Source: Eledone cirrhosa
Lineage: Eukaryota
Assembly: GCA_964016885.1 (NCBI GenBank)
Contig: OZ024740.1
Location: forward strand, 85,498,001-85,562,000
Reading direction: 5' to 3'
DNA: 64,000 nt
The translations under genes were made by a program, and so were the position numbers. Shown piece by piece: positions 25,100-38,297 of this stretch. The notes under the pieces are model-generated. The model worked only from the letters and a program-made list of their open reading frames with translations, did not search any database and was not told the origin of the DNA. Within the stretch, counting starts at the first letter, position 1. The number at the start of each line of letters is the position of its first letter.

Positions 25100-25324
25100 T
25101 ATGTATGTATGTATGTATGTATGTATGTATGTATGTATGTATGTATGTATATATATATTTGTAGTCCACAATGTAAATGTGGTTGGTGTTAAGGACACAA
25201 AACCATAGAACCAAGCCACAGCAGTTCTGATGTGACTTGTCTCACAATGGGACAACTTGTCTAACCCATGCTAACGTAGAAAAATGGATGTTAAACGGTG
25301 ATGATGATGATATATAGACATATA

Positions 25325-25640
25325 CCATCATAATCATCATTTTATGTCTGCTTTTCCATGCTTGGAATGGTCCTTTTCAGCACAACATCTCTCCGCTCAT
25401 CATGATCCTTTGCATCTCTTCTGTGAGCTTCAAGGATTTGAGATCAACTCTCCCCATATCTGCCCAGGTCTTCTCCTACTGTGGCTCCCTTCCACTGGGA
25501 TTCTTTGGCACTTTTTCACCCACTGATCATCATTCATGAGCATCACATGACCATACCAGCACAATCTTCTTTTCTGCACAAAACATTTGATTCCTCTTAT
25601 ACTCAGTTCCTCTTTCAGTTCATCTATGCTCTATCATTCT
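25325..25640 (-). mobile_element. Degenerate RTE LINE 3' fragment
   Basis: Reverse complement encodes RLCWYGHVM-like motif and ends in the family (gat)n tail. Confidence 0.65.
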
Positions 25641-25729
25641 CGCTTGATTTCTCTCCATAATTATGATTATTACCTTTATTTACATTCAATTCTCTGGATG
25701 GCATGGATTGGAGTCAATTATTTCCTTCA

Positions 25730-27548
25730 TGAGTACTACTGATGCCCTCTTTCTGGTGAGACAACTACAAGAGATGTAGTTAGCTAAGAGTAAGCCACTG
25801 TATCTAGTATTTGTTGATTTGGAGAAGGCCTTTGACAGGGTGCCATGCTCTATAATCTGGTGGGCACTTAGGAAGATAGGTGTAGATGAATGGCTTGTGA
25901 GGGCCATACAGGCCATGTATAGAGGAGCAACCAGCAGACAGTTGGCAATGAGTACAGTAATGAATTTGAAGTGCAGGTGGGGTCCACCAGGGATTAGTCC
26001 TCAGTTCACTCCTGTTTATCATTGAGCTTCAGGCCATCACTGAGGAGTTTAAAACTGGCACTCCATCGGAGCTCCTATTTGCTGTCAACCTAGTCCTCAA
26101 AGCTGAATCTGTAGGAGAGTTAGAAGCAAAATTTCAAGTATGGACAAAGAACCTAGAGCTGAGGGGCCAAAAAATAAATTTAGCAAAGACGAAAGTTTTA
26201 ATATATAGGTGATACCATTAGGAAAGTGGCCTTGTTCAATATGTCTGAAAGGGGTGGGCAGAAATTCCATAAGGTGCACACAATGTAAATTATGCATGCA
26301 GAGGGATGTAGCAGGATTGCAGGTAGGCTAATGGAAAAGATAGATTTCATTTGTAACAATGGTGTAGGTGAAGTGAGCACAAATAGCACACACAAAATAG
26401 ATTACCACAGCTGCCAGGGGCTCCATAGAAGTTGTTTACAGCTTCAAATTAGTAGTGGGGGGAGGATGTGCTGAAAATGTGATAGCTAGGATAAGAACAG
26501 GCTACGAGAAGTTTAGAGAACTATTATTGCTATTAACAACAAAATGCTTTTCTCTCAGAGAGAAGGGTAGACTGTATGATGCCTGTGTGCGAACTGAAAT
26601 ATTACATGGCAATGAAACATGGGTCTTGACTGTAGAAGACCTGCAGAGGCTAGAAAGAAATGAGTTGTGTATACTCTGATGGTTGTGTAATGTTAGTGTG
26701 CATGAACGATATAGCATAAGCAAACTGAAGGAAAAACTTGGCAGAAGAGGAATTGGATGTAGTGTGCAAGAGAGAAGACTGCGTTGGAATGGAGATGTGA
26801 TGCACATGGAATTTAGCAGCTGCATAAATAAATGCAGAGAAACCCCAGTGGCTGGGATCCATGGAAGAGGCAGACCCAGGATGACATGGGATGAGGTTGT
26901 GAAAACAGACCTTAAGAAACTAAACCTCACAACAGAAATGACTATAGACCACAAGGGCTGGCACTATGCAGTGTTGAGAAAGACTCGGCCTGCAGCATAC
27001 AATGTGACCTGACCTTCCCCCATTCCCCCCCGACTCCACTAGCACACATCAACAGTTATCCTCAACAACACTAGTTCAATTCCACTGTGTATGCCCCCCC
27101 CATTCCTAGCAGCTACTCCTCTTTCCTGTGAAGCAGTTGGTGACGGGAAGGCCATTCAAATTCAACCATGCAGAGCTAAACAAATAAAGGGTGAGGAGGA
27201 CCCTTCATTTGCGTCAAGGACATGACAGCCTCCCTAGTGTAGGTGATCTACAAGATAAACACACTCAGAACACACTGTAAAGTGGTTGGTGATAGGAAGG
27301 CCATCCAGCCATAGAAATCTTGCCAAACAAAAGGGTTTGGCAGACAATCAGTTGTGTGAAAGACATGACAACTTCACCTGTGCACTTGGTAGAGTGTGAA
27401 TCGTACAGAAAGTGAGACACAGATCCCTGGCCAGCCAGAGAGATCAGTGGCTCTGCTTCAGTACTGACTTGGTTTATGTAGACCCATCCAACCTTTGCTA
27501 GGTTAGCAGGGAAAGTGGATGTTAAAATGCTGCTGCTGATGATGATGT
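25730..27548 (+). mobile_element. Old 5'-truncated RTE LINE copy (RT to 3' tail), many frameshifts
   Basis: [55 protein letters not shown] parallel the 13.5-14.9 kb copy. Confidence 0.9.
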
Positions 27549-27601
27549 ATAAACACACACATATATATATATATATATATCACATCTATTATATATATGT
27601 A

Positions 27602-28572
27602 CTAGCAGAATGGCCCGGCGTTGCTCGGGATTTGCTCTAGGGTTCTTATATATTTGATATATATTTATCCTTATCGAGCCTCGTGAAATAAATACGTTTG
27701 TTTATATTTTGTTATTGTGTATGCAAAAATATCTGTACACGAATATATAATTATATATATATATATATATATATATTAAAATAACAGATTAAAGATTAAG
27801 CAAAGAATCACTGTTTTCACACTTAACGGGATCTTCTGAAACTAAAAAAAATCAATCTGTGACCGCAGAAAATGAATCGCTGCTTTCACCCTTAACGGAA
27901 TCTTCTACCTAAAAGCAGTATGAAGTACACTAAGACTAACTGATGTAATCGTTGGCCTTGTTTGTTTATATTTTGTTTTTGTGTATGCAAAAATATCTGT
28001 CAGTGATGCATGTGATTATGTAATTGCCAGCCTTGTTTGTTTATATTTTGTTTTTGTGTATAATATCTGTACACAAATATCTATATAAAAATAATATATT
28101 AATGTTTAAGCAAAGAATCGCTGCTTTCAACCTTAACGGAATTTTCTGAAACTAAAAAAATCAATCTGTGAATGCAGATGTAATTATTTCGAAAAACGTT
28201 GCAACTGAAGGAAAACAGGAAGATGATACTTTGGTTCGTGAAGACGCTCCCTGGCATAAGAATATATATATACACACACACACTATATATACATATATAC
28301 ACACACTGATCACGTCATAATGTCGTAATGCAGACAGCCAGGCATACAGACAGATATTATGAAGGCGCGACGTCATATCTATGTATCTATCTAAAAAGAG
28401 AAAGACTAAGAGACAGAGAAAGAGATCGCTAAATCGCTGAAATTTTTTTTGGCTCAAAACACTTCCGGGGCCATACGGGTTACATGTGTAAAGTTTGAAA
28501 AAAAAACGGTTGGGTACTTCTCGAGTTTAAAGGAAACAGACACACAGACATCCTCTGTTTTATATATATAGA
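27602..28572 (-). mobile_element. Non-autonomous Helitron
   Basis: Minus strand begins 5'-TC(TATATATATAAAA) at 28572 and ends hairpin cccgagcaacgccggg + CTAG at 27602; internal direct repeats. Confidence 0.75.
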
Positions 28573-28987
28573 CTAGCAGAAAACCACCCACAGTCTATAT
28601 ATATATTACACACACAGAAATCTATATATATATTACACACACAGAAATGTATATATATTTCTGTGTGTATATATATATATTACACACACAGAAATGTATA
28701 TATATTTCTGTGTGTATATATATATATATTACACACACAGAAATGTATATATATTTCTGTGTGTGTATATATATATATATTACACACACACAGAAATGTA
28801 TATATGTTTCTGTAGCACTCCTCAATTCCCCCCTCTCTCCCTCCCGCTATCCCCCTCTTGTAGTCTGTCTCTTTCTTTCACTCTCACTCTCTATCTACGC
28901 GTGCGCAAAAAACATTCGCACGCGTGCACGTGTTTCCACTGTCGGACAGACAGACAGAGAAATTGCTGGTTATATATTATAAGGAGA
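28573..28987 (-). mobile_element. Second non-autonomous Helitron unit directly abutting the first
   Basis: ctagcagaaaaccaccc 3' end at 28573; 5' end tctccttataatatataaccagcaatttc at 28987; internal ~44-bp TA/CA minisatellite. Confidence 0.6.
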
Positions 28988-29834
28988 TTACATATACATA
29001 TGTAACTATGTATATCATCATCATCATCCCCATTATATATATATATAATATGGACCGAAGCCGAAAAAAATTTTGTTTGGCAGCTCTAATTGCGCCTTAA
29101 TTTTATTCAAAAAATTGTATACTAACATATTCGAATACCAGGCACTATTGGAATCAACAATAGCAGCGTCCTGAGGGTCATTACAAAACACAAATTCGCG
29201 AGAATTAGTGTTTAAGGCTTGGAAGGTGGTAAAAAAAATCCACAAAATCTTCCATTCTTTTAAAAAAAAAATTTATTTTTAATAATATTTAAATAACTGG
29301 CGGTTAGAAAAAAATATTCCTATTAAATTTTAATCATACCATTATGTGTGAATAAGGAAATATTTTTTTATTGTCAAAACAAATGTTCAAAAGTTAAACT
29401 TCAATTTTTTGAATTATTTCCAATTTTTTCATGAAATTGAACACTGGACATTGGCTGCTGGAAATGGAAATTAAATCGTATTTAAATTTCTAACCTTATT
29501 TTATTATTTATATTTTTTCAATAAGAAATAAAAAAAAAACAAAAAAAATTGAAGAAAAAAATTGAACAAATCAAACGTAGGTTATGGAACTGCGCAATCT
29601 GATTAATAAATTACCTCATCAGCAGCAACCTTCTTCAAATGGTCCTTATTATCAGCAGCAACAACCACAAATTGAATGGCAACCTTCTTCGCATGGAGTC
29701 AAGTCAGAACCGCCTCGAACTGGCTACTTCTGGCTTGTTCAAGGTGTCTCTATAGCAACCAGCGATTCCCTCAGCCTCAGTGACCAAAGTCAGTGGAGAG
29801 GGGAAGGTAATGTTTCTGTAGCAGTGTTTTAGCG

Positions 29835-30010
29835 TCTATTCACTCTCTCTCTCTTCCTCCCGCTATCCCCCTCTCGTAGTCTGTCTCTTTCTTTCACTCT
29901 CACTCTCTCTCTACGCACGTGTTTCCACTGTCGGACAGACAGAGAAATTGCTGGTTATATATATAAGTAGACTAGCAGAAAACCACCCGGTGGGTGGTTT
30001 TCTGCTAGTC
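29835..30010 (-). mobile_element. Helitron 5' end followed by a palindrome of two 3' ends
   Basis: Same gtttccactgtcggacagacagagaaattgctggttatata module, then gactagcagaaaaccaccc-g-g-t-gggtggttttctgctagtc. Confidence 0.6.
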
Positions 30011-30354
30011 GATATATATTTAACACACACACACACACACACACATACATATATATACACCCATGTTCATATTTTGAGATGCATTATTCTCAAATCAGAT
30101 TATCTCTGACAGGAAGAACCAGTTTATAATTTTTAAGAAAAATTAAGCATAGACATATTTTAGGAAACTTATGAATTCCTGTACACACACACAAACACTT
30201 ACACAGATACACACAGACAGACACATACGCTAACACACACATACCATACACACACTCATACATACGCACATATGCACACACGCTAACACACATATACACA
30301 CTTAAACCTATATATATGTATATATATAGAGAGACACACATAATATACATATAT

Positions 30355-30386
<32 letters not shown>

Positions 30387-30582
30387 TATATATATAATAT
30401 ATATATATATATATTATATATATATATATATATATTATATACACACACACATATAACACACACCCATATATAAAACACGCACACACATACACACACATAT
30501 AACACACACACACATATATAACACACACATACAACACACACACATATAATACACACACACACACATATTCTTCTGAAACTAA

Positions 30583-30627
<45 letters not shown>

Positions 30628-30718
30628 CACACACAGAAATGTATATATATTTCTGTGTGTGTATATATATATATATATATTACACACACAGAAATGTATA
30701 TATATTTCTGTGTGTGTA

Positions 30719-31079
30719 TCATCATCATCATCATCAACGTTTAACGTCCGTGTTCCACGCTTGCATGGGTTTGGACGGGGGTAGTCCCACTTGAGGCAAG
30801 AGTGATTGTCTTGCTCGCATAGGACTGTCTGGCAGGTTTTCTACAGTTGGATGCCCTTCCTAACACCAACCACATTTACAGTGTGGGTCTGGGAGGTTTT
30901 TACCGTGTTGCCTACACGGCCACAGCGTGGACTGTGTGTTTTTTTGTCGTGACACCTACACGATCTCATTTGTTTCGGCCTGGATGGTGTGGCACCAACA
31001 TAACTTTACATAGAACGGGGTGGTGTGGATGGGGTGGGGGGTGGTGGTGGTGGGACGGGGGGGGGGGTATTTTGTTAGA
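30719..31079 (-). mobile_element. 5'-truncated young copy of the RTE LINE 3' UTR
   Basis: Almost identical reverse complement of 14960-15317. Confidence 0.9.
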
Positions 31080-31239
31080 TATATATATATATTACACACA
31101 CAGAAATGTATATATATTTCTTAGAACAAAATTATTATTAATGTTTTGCTGTTCATAACAATTGGAATTGAAAAATTACTTTTGAAATTATTAGTTATTT
31201 TACTAATGCTTACATATGTAAAAATGAAGCAATGTTTCT

Positions 31240-31435
31240 AATAATTGTTTCTACTTTTGGCACAAGTCCAGCAAATTACCCAGTACATTACTGGTACTTT
31301 ATTTTATCGACCCCGTGAGGATGAAAGGCAAAGTTAAACTCGGCGGTATTTGAACTCAGACCGTAAAGGGACGTAACTCCATGCTATGAAGCATGGTGTC
31401 CGACTCTCTACAGATTCTGCCAATCCACCGCCCTA
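31240..31435 (-). mobile_element. tRNA-type SINE
   Basis: Same family as 21908-22130 and 39467-39657. Confidence 0.8.
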
Positions 31436-31439
31436 AAGT

Positions 31440-31712
31440 TTGTACGTAATGAGGGAGTGAGAGGGGAGAGAAAGAAAGGCAGAGGTGAAGTGACGAAGTG
31501 ACTCTCTCCTCCTCCTCCATCTTCCCATTCATCACAGCGATAGAGGGGAGGAATGTTAGTGTGTTACAAAGAGAAATAGTGAGAGTGAGAGAAACAGACA
31601 GACTAAAAGAGAGGGATAGCTGGAGAGAGAGAGAGATAGCAACCACGCGCGCACGTGTTTCCACTGTCGGACAGACAGACAGAGAAATTGCTGGTTATAT
31701 ATTATAAGGAGA
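31440..31712 (-). mobile_element. Helitron-derived 5'-end fragment
   Basis: Ends with the same gcacgtgtttccactgtcggacagacagacagagaaattgctggttatatattataaggaga as 28925-28987. Confidence 0.6.
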
Positions 31713-32184
31713 TATATGTATTCTTGGTCATCACTCCCACTGAAATTATACTCTCAGGCACATTTGTCTGTAAGTATGAAGATGATGTAGCGTGACGAAG
31801 CCTGTTTTATTTTGCAAAAGTCACGACAACCAGTATACTTTGTAAAATAATTAGAGATGGAACAAAGTCAATGTGGCATAGAGAGGGCTCTTTAGTGCTA
31901 GTACCATGATAAACACATTCAGTAGATTCTGTAATGATGTTGGCAATTTAACAAAGATAAAGTAAGAGAGAGAGGGTTCTTTATTCTTATTAAGGACTTA
32001 ACAACATCACCATGATAAATGCACCCACTATGTTCTGTTAAGTGTTTAGTGTTATGAAGAGCATTCAACCATATAAACCATGCCAAAAATGGAATGTCTA
32101 AGTAATACACCATCTGCCAACACAGTAACTGGCTCCAATCCACACCAACCTGAGAATTGAATGCAAATGAAGATGGTGATCATG

Positions 32185-32505
32185 GTGATGGAGAAAAAAG
32201 TTGGGTATAAGAGGAATGAGATGGAGTGTGCAAAAGAGAAGATTGCCGGTTTGGATATGTGATATATATGGATTAGGAACACTGGAAGAAGACATGCCAG
32301 GTGATGCCAGTGGATGGAAGTTGCAGTAAAATAAGACTAAGAAAGATCTGTGTGGAGGTGGCAAGAGCTAGTCTCAAAAAGCTGAACCTTGCAGAGAAGA
32401 TGATGAAGGATCACTGATAGTGAAGGGAGGCTGTGCTGAAAAGGACCCATCCAACCCATGCAAGCTTGGATGATTGGACATAAAATGATGAAGATGATGA
32501 TGATA
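32185..32505 (+). mobile_element. Very degenerate RTE LINE 3' fragment
   Basis: gtgtgcaaaagagaagattg..tggatatgtgat and tail gacccatccaacccatgcaagc..(gat)n. Confidence 0.6.
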
Positions 32506-33689
32506 AATATGCATATTAGCAGTATACCCAATATTTCTCACTGAAAACGAGATATAAATAACCCTGAATTGTTTTTAATGAAGGTATATCTGGTTTAATA
32601 GAACATTATTTGATTTCTCTTGAAAAGATCTTTTACAAACAAATGAAACTTTTTTCACTACGTTCATAGCAGTCCTGTGTCTCAGGTACTTTCATACAGA
32701 CACATGCATAATATAAACAATATACTTTCTAGTAGACCCGTGCCTACAGCATTGTTCTACAGACACATGTTTAATATAAATAGTATACTTCATAATTTAT
32801 GTAATTGACATATGTAATTGAAGCCCATTAAAGGAAAACAGAGGATTAAGTGAAAGTGAAACAAAGACAAGCACATTACATCCTATCTCTTTATGTCCTC
32901 TTATAGCTCATTATTTTCTCTTTGTTTACATTTCCATATTTACACTCACTTGAATTAGACACTTGCATTTCCAAACCATTTACGTCTTTCATTTCTTGAA
33001 ATAACATTATGTTTTTCTCTTTCACATATAGCCCCAGGTCACCATCAGATAGTAATAATTTCATTTTGCAACATCAATGTTCAAATCTTCTACAAGTTGC
33101 ATTCATGACAGCATTAGCTTGTAATATTTGTTGCCACTATTCATCTGTTTCTGCTTCCCTCGGAGTACACTTGCCTCTGGCAGTGGCAGATATTGTTATG
33201 GGGCGGGGAACATCTTTTCTGTAACATTATTGTTGGAAACAAATTATAAAAAGAAAAGAAAAATTGAAATTCAAAGAATTTCAATAGAAACCATGAGGGA
33301 GAATTCAACAATTGTTCTTTCTGTTCTGCTATGGTAGTTTGACATATTTGAAGGGAAAACATTTACAAAAAACCCCCCCAAAAAACAAAAAAAAACAAAC
33401 AAAACACACACACACAAACAAACAAAAAAGCTATAAAAGACTAGACAAACGTTGAAGTCTTACAATGAAATTATCATTGTTTGGGGTAGACCTGAAGCTA
33501 TATGTTAAAGAACATTTTTTAACTATGTGATTTCTAGAAATTTAAGATGTAAATGGTTTGGAAATGCAAGTTTCTACTTCAACTGGCAGAAGGTATGGAA
33601 ATGTAAACAAAGAGGAAATAATGAGCAATCAGAGAAAATAAAAGGTTAGGATATAATGTTTTGTCTCTCTTTTTCTTTTTAAAAACAAG

Positions 33690-33844
33690 CTAAAGTTGTA
33701 AACTTTGTGTCTTCCCCATTTCTCTTATTTTCTTCATTTTTGTCAATTTTGTAGATTGTATTCTTAATATATTGTTCAATAAGTTTTGATATTTGAATCT
33801 GTATGATAAGAGAGCAAGCATTCCTGTTAATAGTTGTAAGAAGC
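33690..33844 (-). CDS. Candidate exon (phase-1 reading GFLQLLTGMLALLSYRFKYQ...TQSLQL*; a second frame is also open)
   Basis: Long polypyrimidine tract and acceptor ctcgcctcaacag| at 33845-33846; two frames stay open for ~50 codons. Frame and linkage are uncertain. Confidence 0.4.
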
Positions 33845-34030
33845 CTGTTGAGGCGAGATAGAGAGAAGACAAAAGGAGAAAGAGAAAAATACTTGGCAAT
33901 AGATATAGTGCTCCTAGTATAAGAAGCATAGTGAGGTGAGAGAGAGGAGAAGATAAAAAAGGGAAAGAAATACATATTGACATAAAGGGAGAGTGTTCCT
34001 AGTAACAGTATTAGAAGCATGGTGAGGTGA

Positions 34031-34103
<73 letters not shown>

Positions 34104-34294
34104 AAATAAAAGCAAAAGAGAAATACATAGCTATAGAAAGTGAAACAGTTCTATTTAAAAAGTATAAGAAGTATGGTATGGTGAAAGAGAAGGAAGTGAA
34201 AATAAATCAAAGTGTCTCAAGGAAAAGGAAGCAGATTTGTTAGTAAAGCCATAAGAGAAAGAAAATGATCAAGATAAAAAAAGACAAATAAATA

Positions 34295-34372
<78 letters not shown>

Positions 34373-34645
34373 AAATGATAAATGAAAGAGATTAAGGAAT
34401 GGGAAGGGAAGTAAAATACAGAGTATGAAGTGAGGTGATGGTGGAGGAACACACTCTTGTGACATTAAAATGAAAGAGGAGGACAGATGGACACACAAAG
34501 AAACATTTAAAAATATATTAAGATGTATATTATTTATTGTCTACATTTTTTTCCAGAAAGCTACAAGACAAAGAAAGAACTCAATAAATAATAATGTAGA
34601 GTGTACAATTATTTATTTAGAAATAGATTGATATATTTTCAAAGG

Positions 34646-34840
34646 CAGACCTGCCAACCTCTAAAAACCCAAACAGCAAGTACCATGAAAAATAGTGCCT
34701 CAAAATGAGGAGAAATGAGGCAAAATGGGGAGATTTTACATATTGAAAGCTATACCATTTTCACAAGAGAAGACATCTCTCACCCACCCGAAAGTGGGTA
34801 GGAGATCTCCCTAGTCAGACGGGGAGAGTTGACAGGTCTG
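34646..34840. mobile_element. MITE with CAGACCTGCCAAC TIRs and 5-bp TSD
   Basis: aaagg|CAGACCTGCCAAC ... GTTGACAGGTCTG|aaagg. Confidence 0.8.
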
Positions 34841-34862
34841 AAAGGTACGGGATAACAGTACT

Positions 34863-36165
34863 TCATCATCCTCATCATCGTTTAAGGTCCATCTTCCATG
34901 CTAGCATGGGTTAAACGAGATTATCCCACTTGAGGCAAGATTGGTCGGGTGACCATTGGCAGGTTTTCTATGGCTGGATGCTCTTCCTAACACCAACCAC
35001 ATTTACAGTGTGGTCTGGGGACCTTTTTCCCGTGTCGTCTACATCAGTGCTACTCCAAGTGGTGGTCCACGGACCGGTGCCGGTACGTGAGCCATCATCT
35101 ACCGGTACGCGGCCAGTGTCCAGGCCATGCTAAGGAATCATTTGAGGAATTTTTTTATTACTTTTTTATATATTTTGATATTGTATTATTTGTTTACAAA
35201 ATAAATAGAAGATAAAAAAATGGTCAACTATTATTATATTCATTATATATATCGTTTCCGGTATAAACTAATATTACTACGAAATATTAGTGGTACATGG
35301 CACATTGAAAAAAAAAATGCCGGTCTGCCACATCAGAGAGTTTGGGAAGCACTGTTCTACGCGACTACTTTACAGTGTGGACTAGATGTTCTGTGGTACC
35401 AACATAACTTTAAAGAGAAAGGGTGGTGTAGGTGGAAGTGGGAGGATGGAGTATGGGTAGCGGGGTGGGGTGTATATTTGGTTAAGAGGTGCCTATTGAC
35501 AGTAGGTTTAACTTCGTACATAAGAAAAGGGGGGGGGGGGGTCTTCTGTATTACTGCATACTACCAACGGTCTCAATCCAGTGACACTGTCTTAGAGGGG
35601 TGTAAATGTGCAAGGACAGTTTTTATCATGTCGTCCCAGGTTTTTCTGGGTCTACCTACTCCATAGCTTCCATCAATTTTGATGGCCCTGCACTTTTTTT
35701 ATACAGCTGTCGTCTTTCATGCACATCACATGACCATATCAATGTAAGCTCCTTTCAAGTAAACTGCATCTGATCCCTCTTATTCCTAATTTCTCACTTA
35801 ATCTGTTTATGTTTTGTCGTTTGTGCATATTAACATCCAATGGAGCATGCATTCTTCGTTCCTTTCCAATCTGTGCCCAGGTCTCACTGCCATGTAACAT
35901 TGCTGTTCATATACAGGCATCATATAATTTGCTTTTCATCTTTAGAGAGAAACCTTTTGTGGCCAACAGCGGTATTAGCTCTCTGAATTTTTTCCATCCC
36001 GATCTAACTCTGGCTAGTGTACTTTCAGAGCACCCTCCTCCACTGCTGATTTTGTCATCCAGGTAACAGAAAGTGTCTACTATTTCTATAGAACCATCTG
36101 GGCAGTTGAAGGAGCTAGTATCTAGTGGGCACTTGCTACTTACTGCACCTGATAATCTGCCAATA
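34863..36165 (-). mobile_element. 5'-truncated RTE LINE copy, same family as 12.2-15.3 kb
   Basis: [48 protein letters not shown]; 3' tail at 34863-34920. Confidence 0.9.
35045..35354. mobile_element. hAT (Charlie-like) MITE nested in LINE 3' UTR
   Basis: CAGTGCTACTCCAA ... TTTGGGAAGCACTG termini; degenerate 8-bp flanks gtctacat / ttctacgc. Confidence 0.75.
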
Positions 36166-36299
36166 ACATATTTAGAAAAATAATACAAGAGAATAGAAAA
36201 ATATATATCATAGAAAATGAAAACATCATCATAATAATTCTGATAAAAAAACACTTCAGTCTGAAGTTGATGTTGCTGTTGTTGGGGGAGGGGACACAC

Positions 36300-36645
36300 A
36301 CAAGTTAAACAGCCAAGGAAGAAAATTTATATAATGCATGAAAACAGTAGCCCAGATGAGCTGAGAGAAAAAGCTGGGGAAAAGAGGAATCAGATGCAGT
36401 GTGAAAGAAAGATGATGATCATAGGGTGAAGTAGTGGCAAGAGTTACAAATGAAAGGAAGCTGCAAAAGAGGAGGACCAAGGAAAACCTGGGTAGATGTG
36501 GTGAGAGGTGATCCTGAAACAGTGATCCTCACACAGGAGATGTTGAAGGAATGCAACAGGTGGAGCAAGGTTGTGTTGGAGAAAATCCATCCAACCCATG
36601 CAAGCATGAAAAACAGATGTATGATGATGATGATTATGATGATGA
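36300..36645 (+). mobile_element. Degenerate RTE LINE 3' fragment
   Basis: KGSCKRGGPRKTWVDVVR and (gat)n tail. Confidence 0.7.
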
Positions 36646-37104
36646 ACTGCTGTAAAATTGCTGATAGTCAACTTTCGAATATTTAAGATGTACTTAAAAA
36701 ATTAGATATGAAAATAACTAAGCACTAAATGAATTTAAAAAAAAAATAATTGTCAATATTTCTTTTAAATTATTATAATCTAGATTATGTACAAGATAAA
36801 GAGATGTACTAGATTAATATTTTAATAAAATATATATGTAGTTTACTTCATTATTCATGATTCTTATTATAGATCTAATTAAACAGGATATAAATCTAAA
36901 ATAAATCATAGAAATGAATTTTTATTACTACAAACACAGACACCATCATCATTATCATCACCATCAAACATTCATTTTCTAGACTAGCATGGGTTAGATG
37001 AGTTGTTCTACTGTGAGACAAGTCAGATAGATCAAGATGACCATGTCTTGCTCATAGAGAACTGTTTCTGGCTTGGTTTCTACAGTTGGATAACCTTCCT
37101 AATA

Positions 37105-37280
37105 CCAACCACATTTATAGCATGGACTGGATGCTTTTTGTTGTCACCAAAACAAGACCACTTTACAGGGTGGGCTAAGTGCTTTTTATCATGTCATCGA
37201 CATGACCACTTTACAAGGTGGGCTGGGTGTTTTTTGTCATGTCATCAAAATGGCCACTTTACAAGGTGAGCTGGGTGCAG
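37105..37280. repeat. ~49-bp tandem repeat (3-4 copies) within a LINE-tail-like sequence
   Basis: accactttacaaggtgggctgggtgcttttt..gtcatc repeated. Confidence 0.7.
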
Positions 37281-38269
37281 AGGCCATCAGTACTCATGGT
37301 ATTACTTTTGAGAAGTGGCTTAACATGGAGAGTGAGAATAAATATCATCTCATTTAATGCTTTTATTTCCTGATTGGCTATTCATATAGTATTTAGCAGC
37401 TTTTACTAATGTATTAATTCCATTAATGCATAAACCCTGCCTGGTGTTTTATTTCATCAATCACAACAAATGAAAGACTAGGTTAATAGTAGCAACCCAT
37501 AACAAACATCTATGCTTCAATGACTGACAATCCGCTGGCTAAATTCTGGTTAAAGATATTTCACTTCAGCTTTATCCATAATATCTTTGGAATGACATGA
37601 ACATCACAAATTCATTTCCACTTTTTTAAAGCCACTAGGTATGATCATACATTAGTGAAAGCTGCTAAATACTATATGAATAGCCAATCAGGAAATAAAA
37701 AGCATTCAATTCAAGCTCTATATATTTTATCAGGACGTGAGTTAACTAAATAGTTCATTCGTTATGAGCTGTAATTAACACATTTAATTGATCGATTCAT
37801 TAAATTTGAGTCTGAAATTCCAAGGCCTGTGGTTAACATACCCCTTTGAAAAACTTGCTCATAAGGAGCTTGGAGAGTTCTTGGACACACAAAGGGGATA
37901 TCTTTAAACCACACAGTGTGACTGCCAATAAATGGCTTCAAATGTCAGAATATCTGAATTAAGTGTATTTTTGTGTGTTTTCAGTGGGTTATTATTTTGT
38001 TACTAAGCAAATAAATTATACTTTAAAAGAAAAGTCTAAAATTTTTGAAAAATTTTAATTTGTCTGAATATCCTAATGGAAAAAAAAACAACAACATAGC
38101 ATCATTATTGGTATTGGCAAATAAAGCTAGCATCTTAGAAATAAGACATCTAATAAAAGACTATGCAAGTAATATTTGAAAGCTTACAGAAAACTTGGTC
38201 TGGTGATGTAGTTTAATTAATTGATAATAATTCTTCAACGAGAAAAAATTCCATTCTGACAAAATTTAC

Positions 38270-38297
38270 CTTTTCAATTCCATAATATCTCTTAGCA
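38270..38297 (-). CDS. Candidate 28-nt micro-exon
   Basis: ccattaagcag|TGCTAAGAGATATTATGGAATTGAAAAG|gtaaat; strong donor, weak pyrimidine tract. Confidence 0.3.

Noticed and set aside
29584-29832. Gln-rich 82-aa ORF as a host gene
   Set aside because: Lies within the Helitron cluster, built from short internal repeats, no clear splice context.
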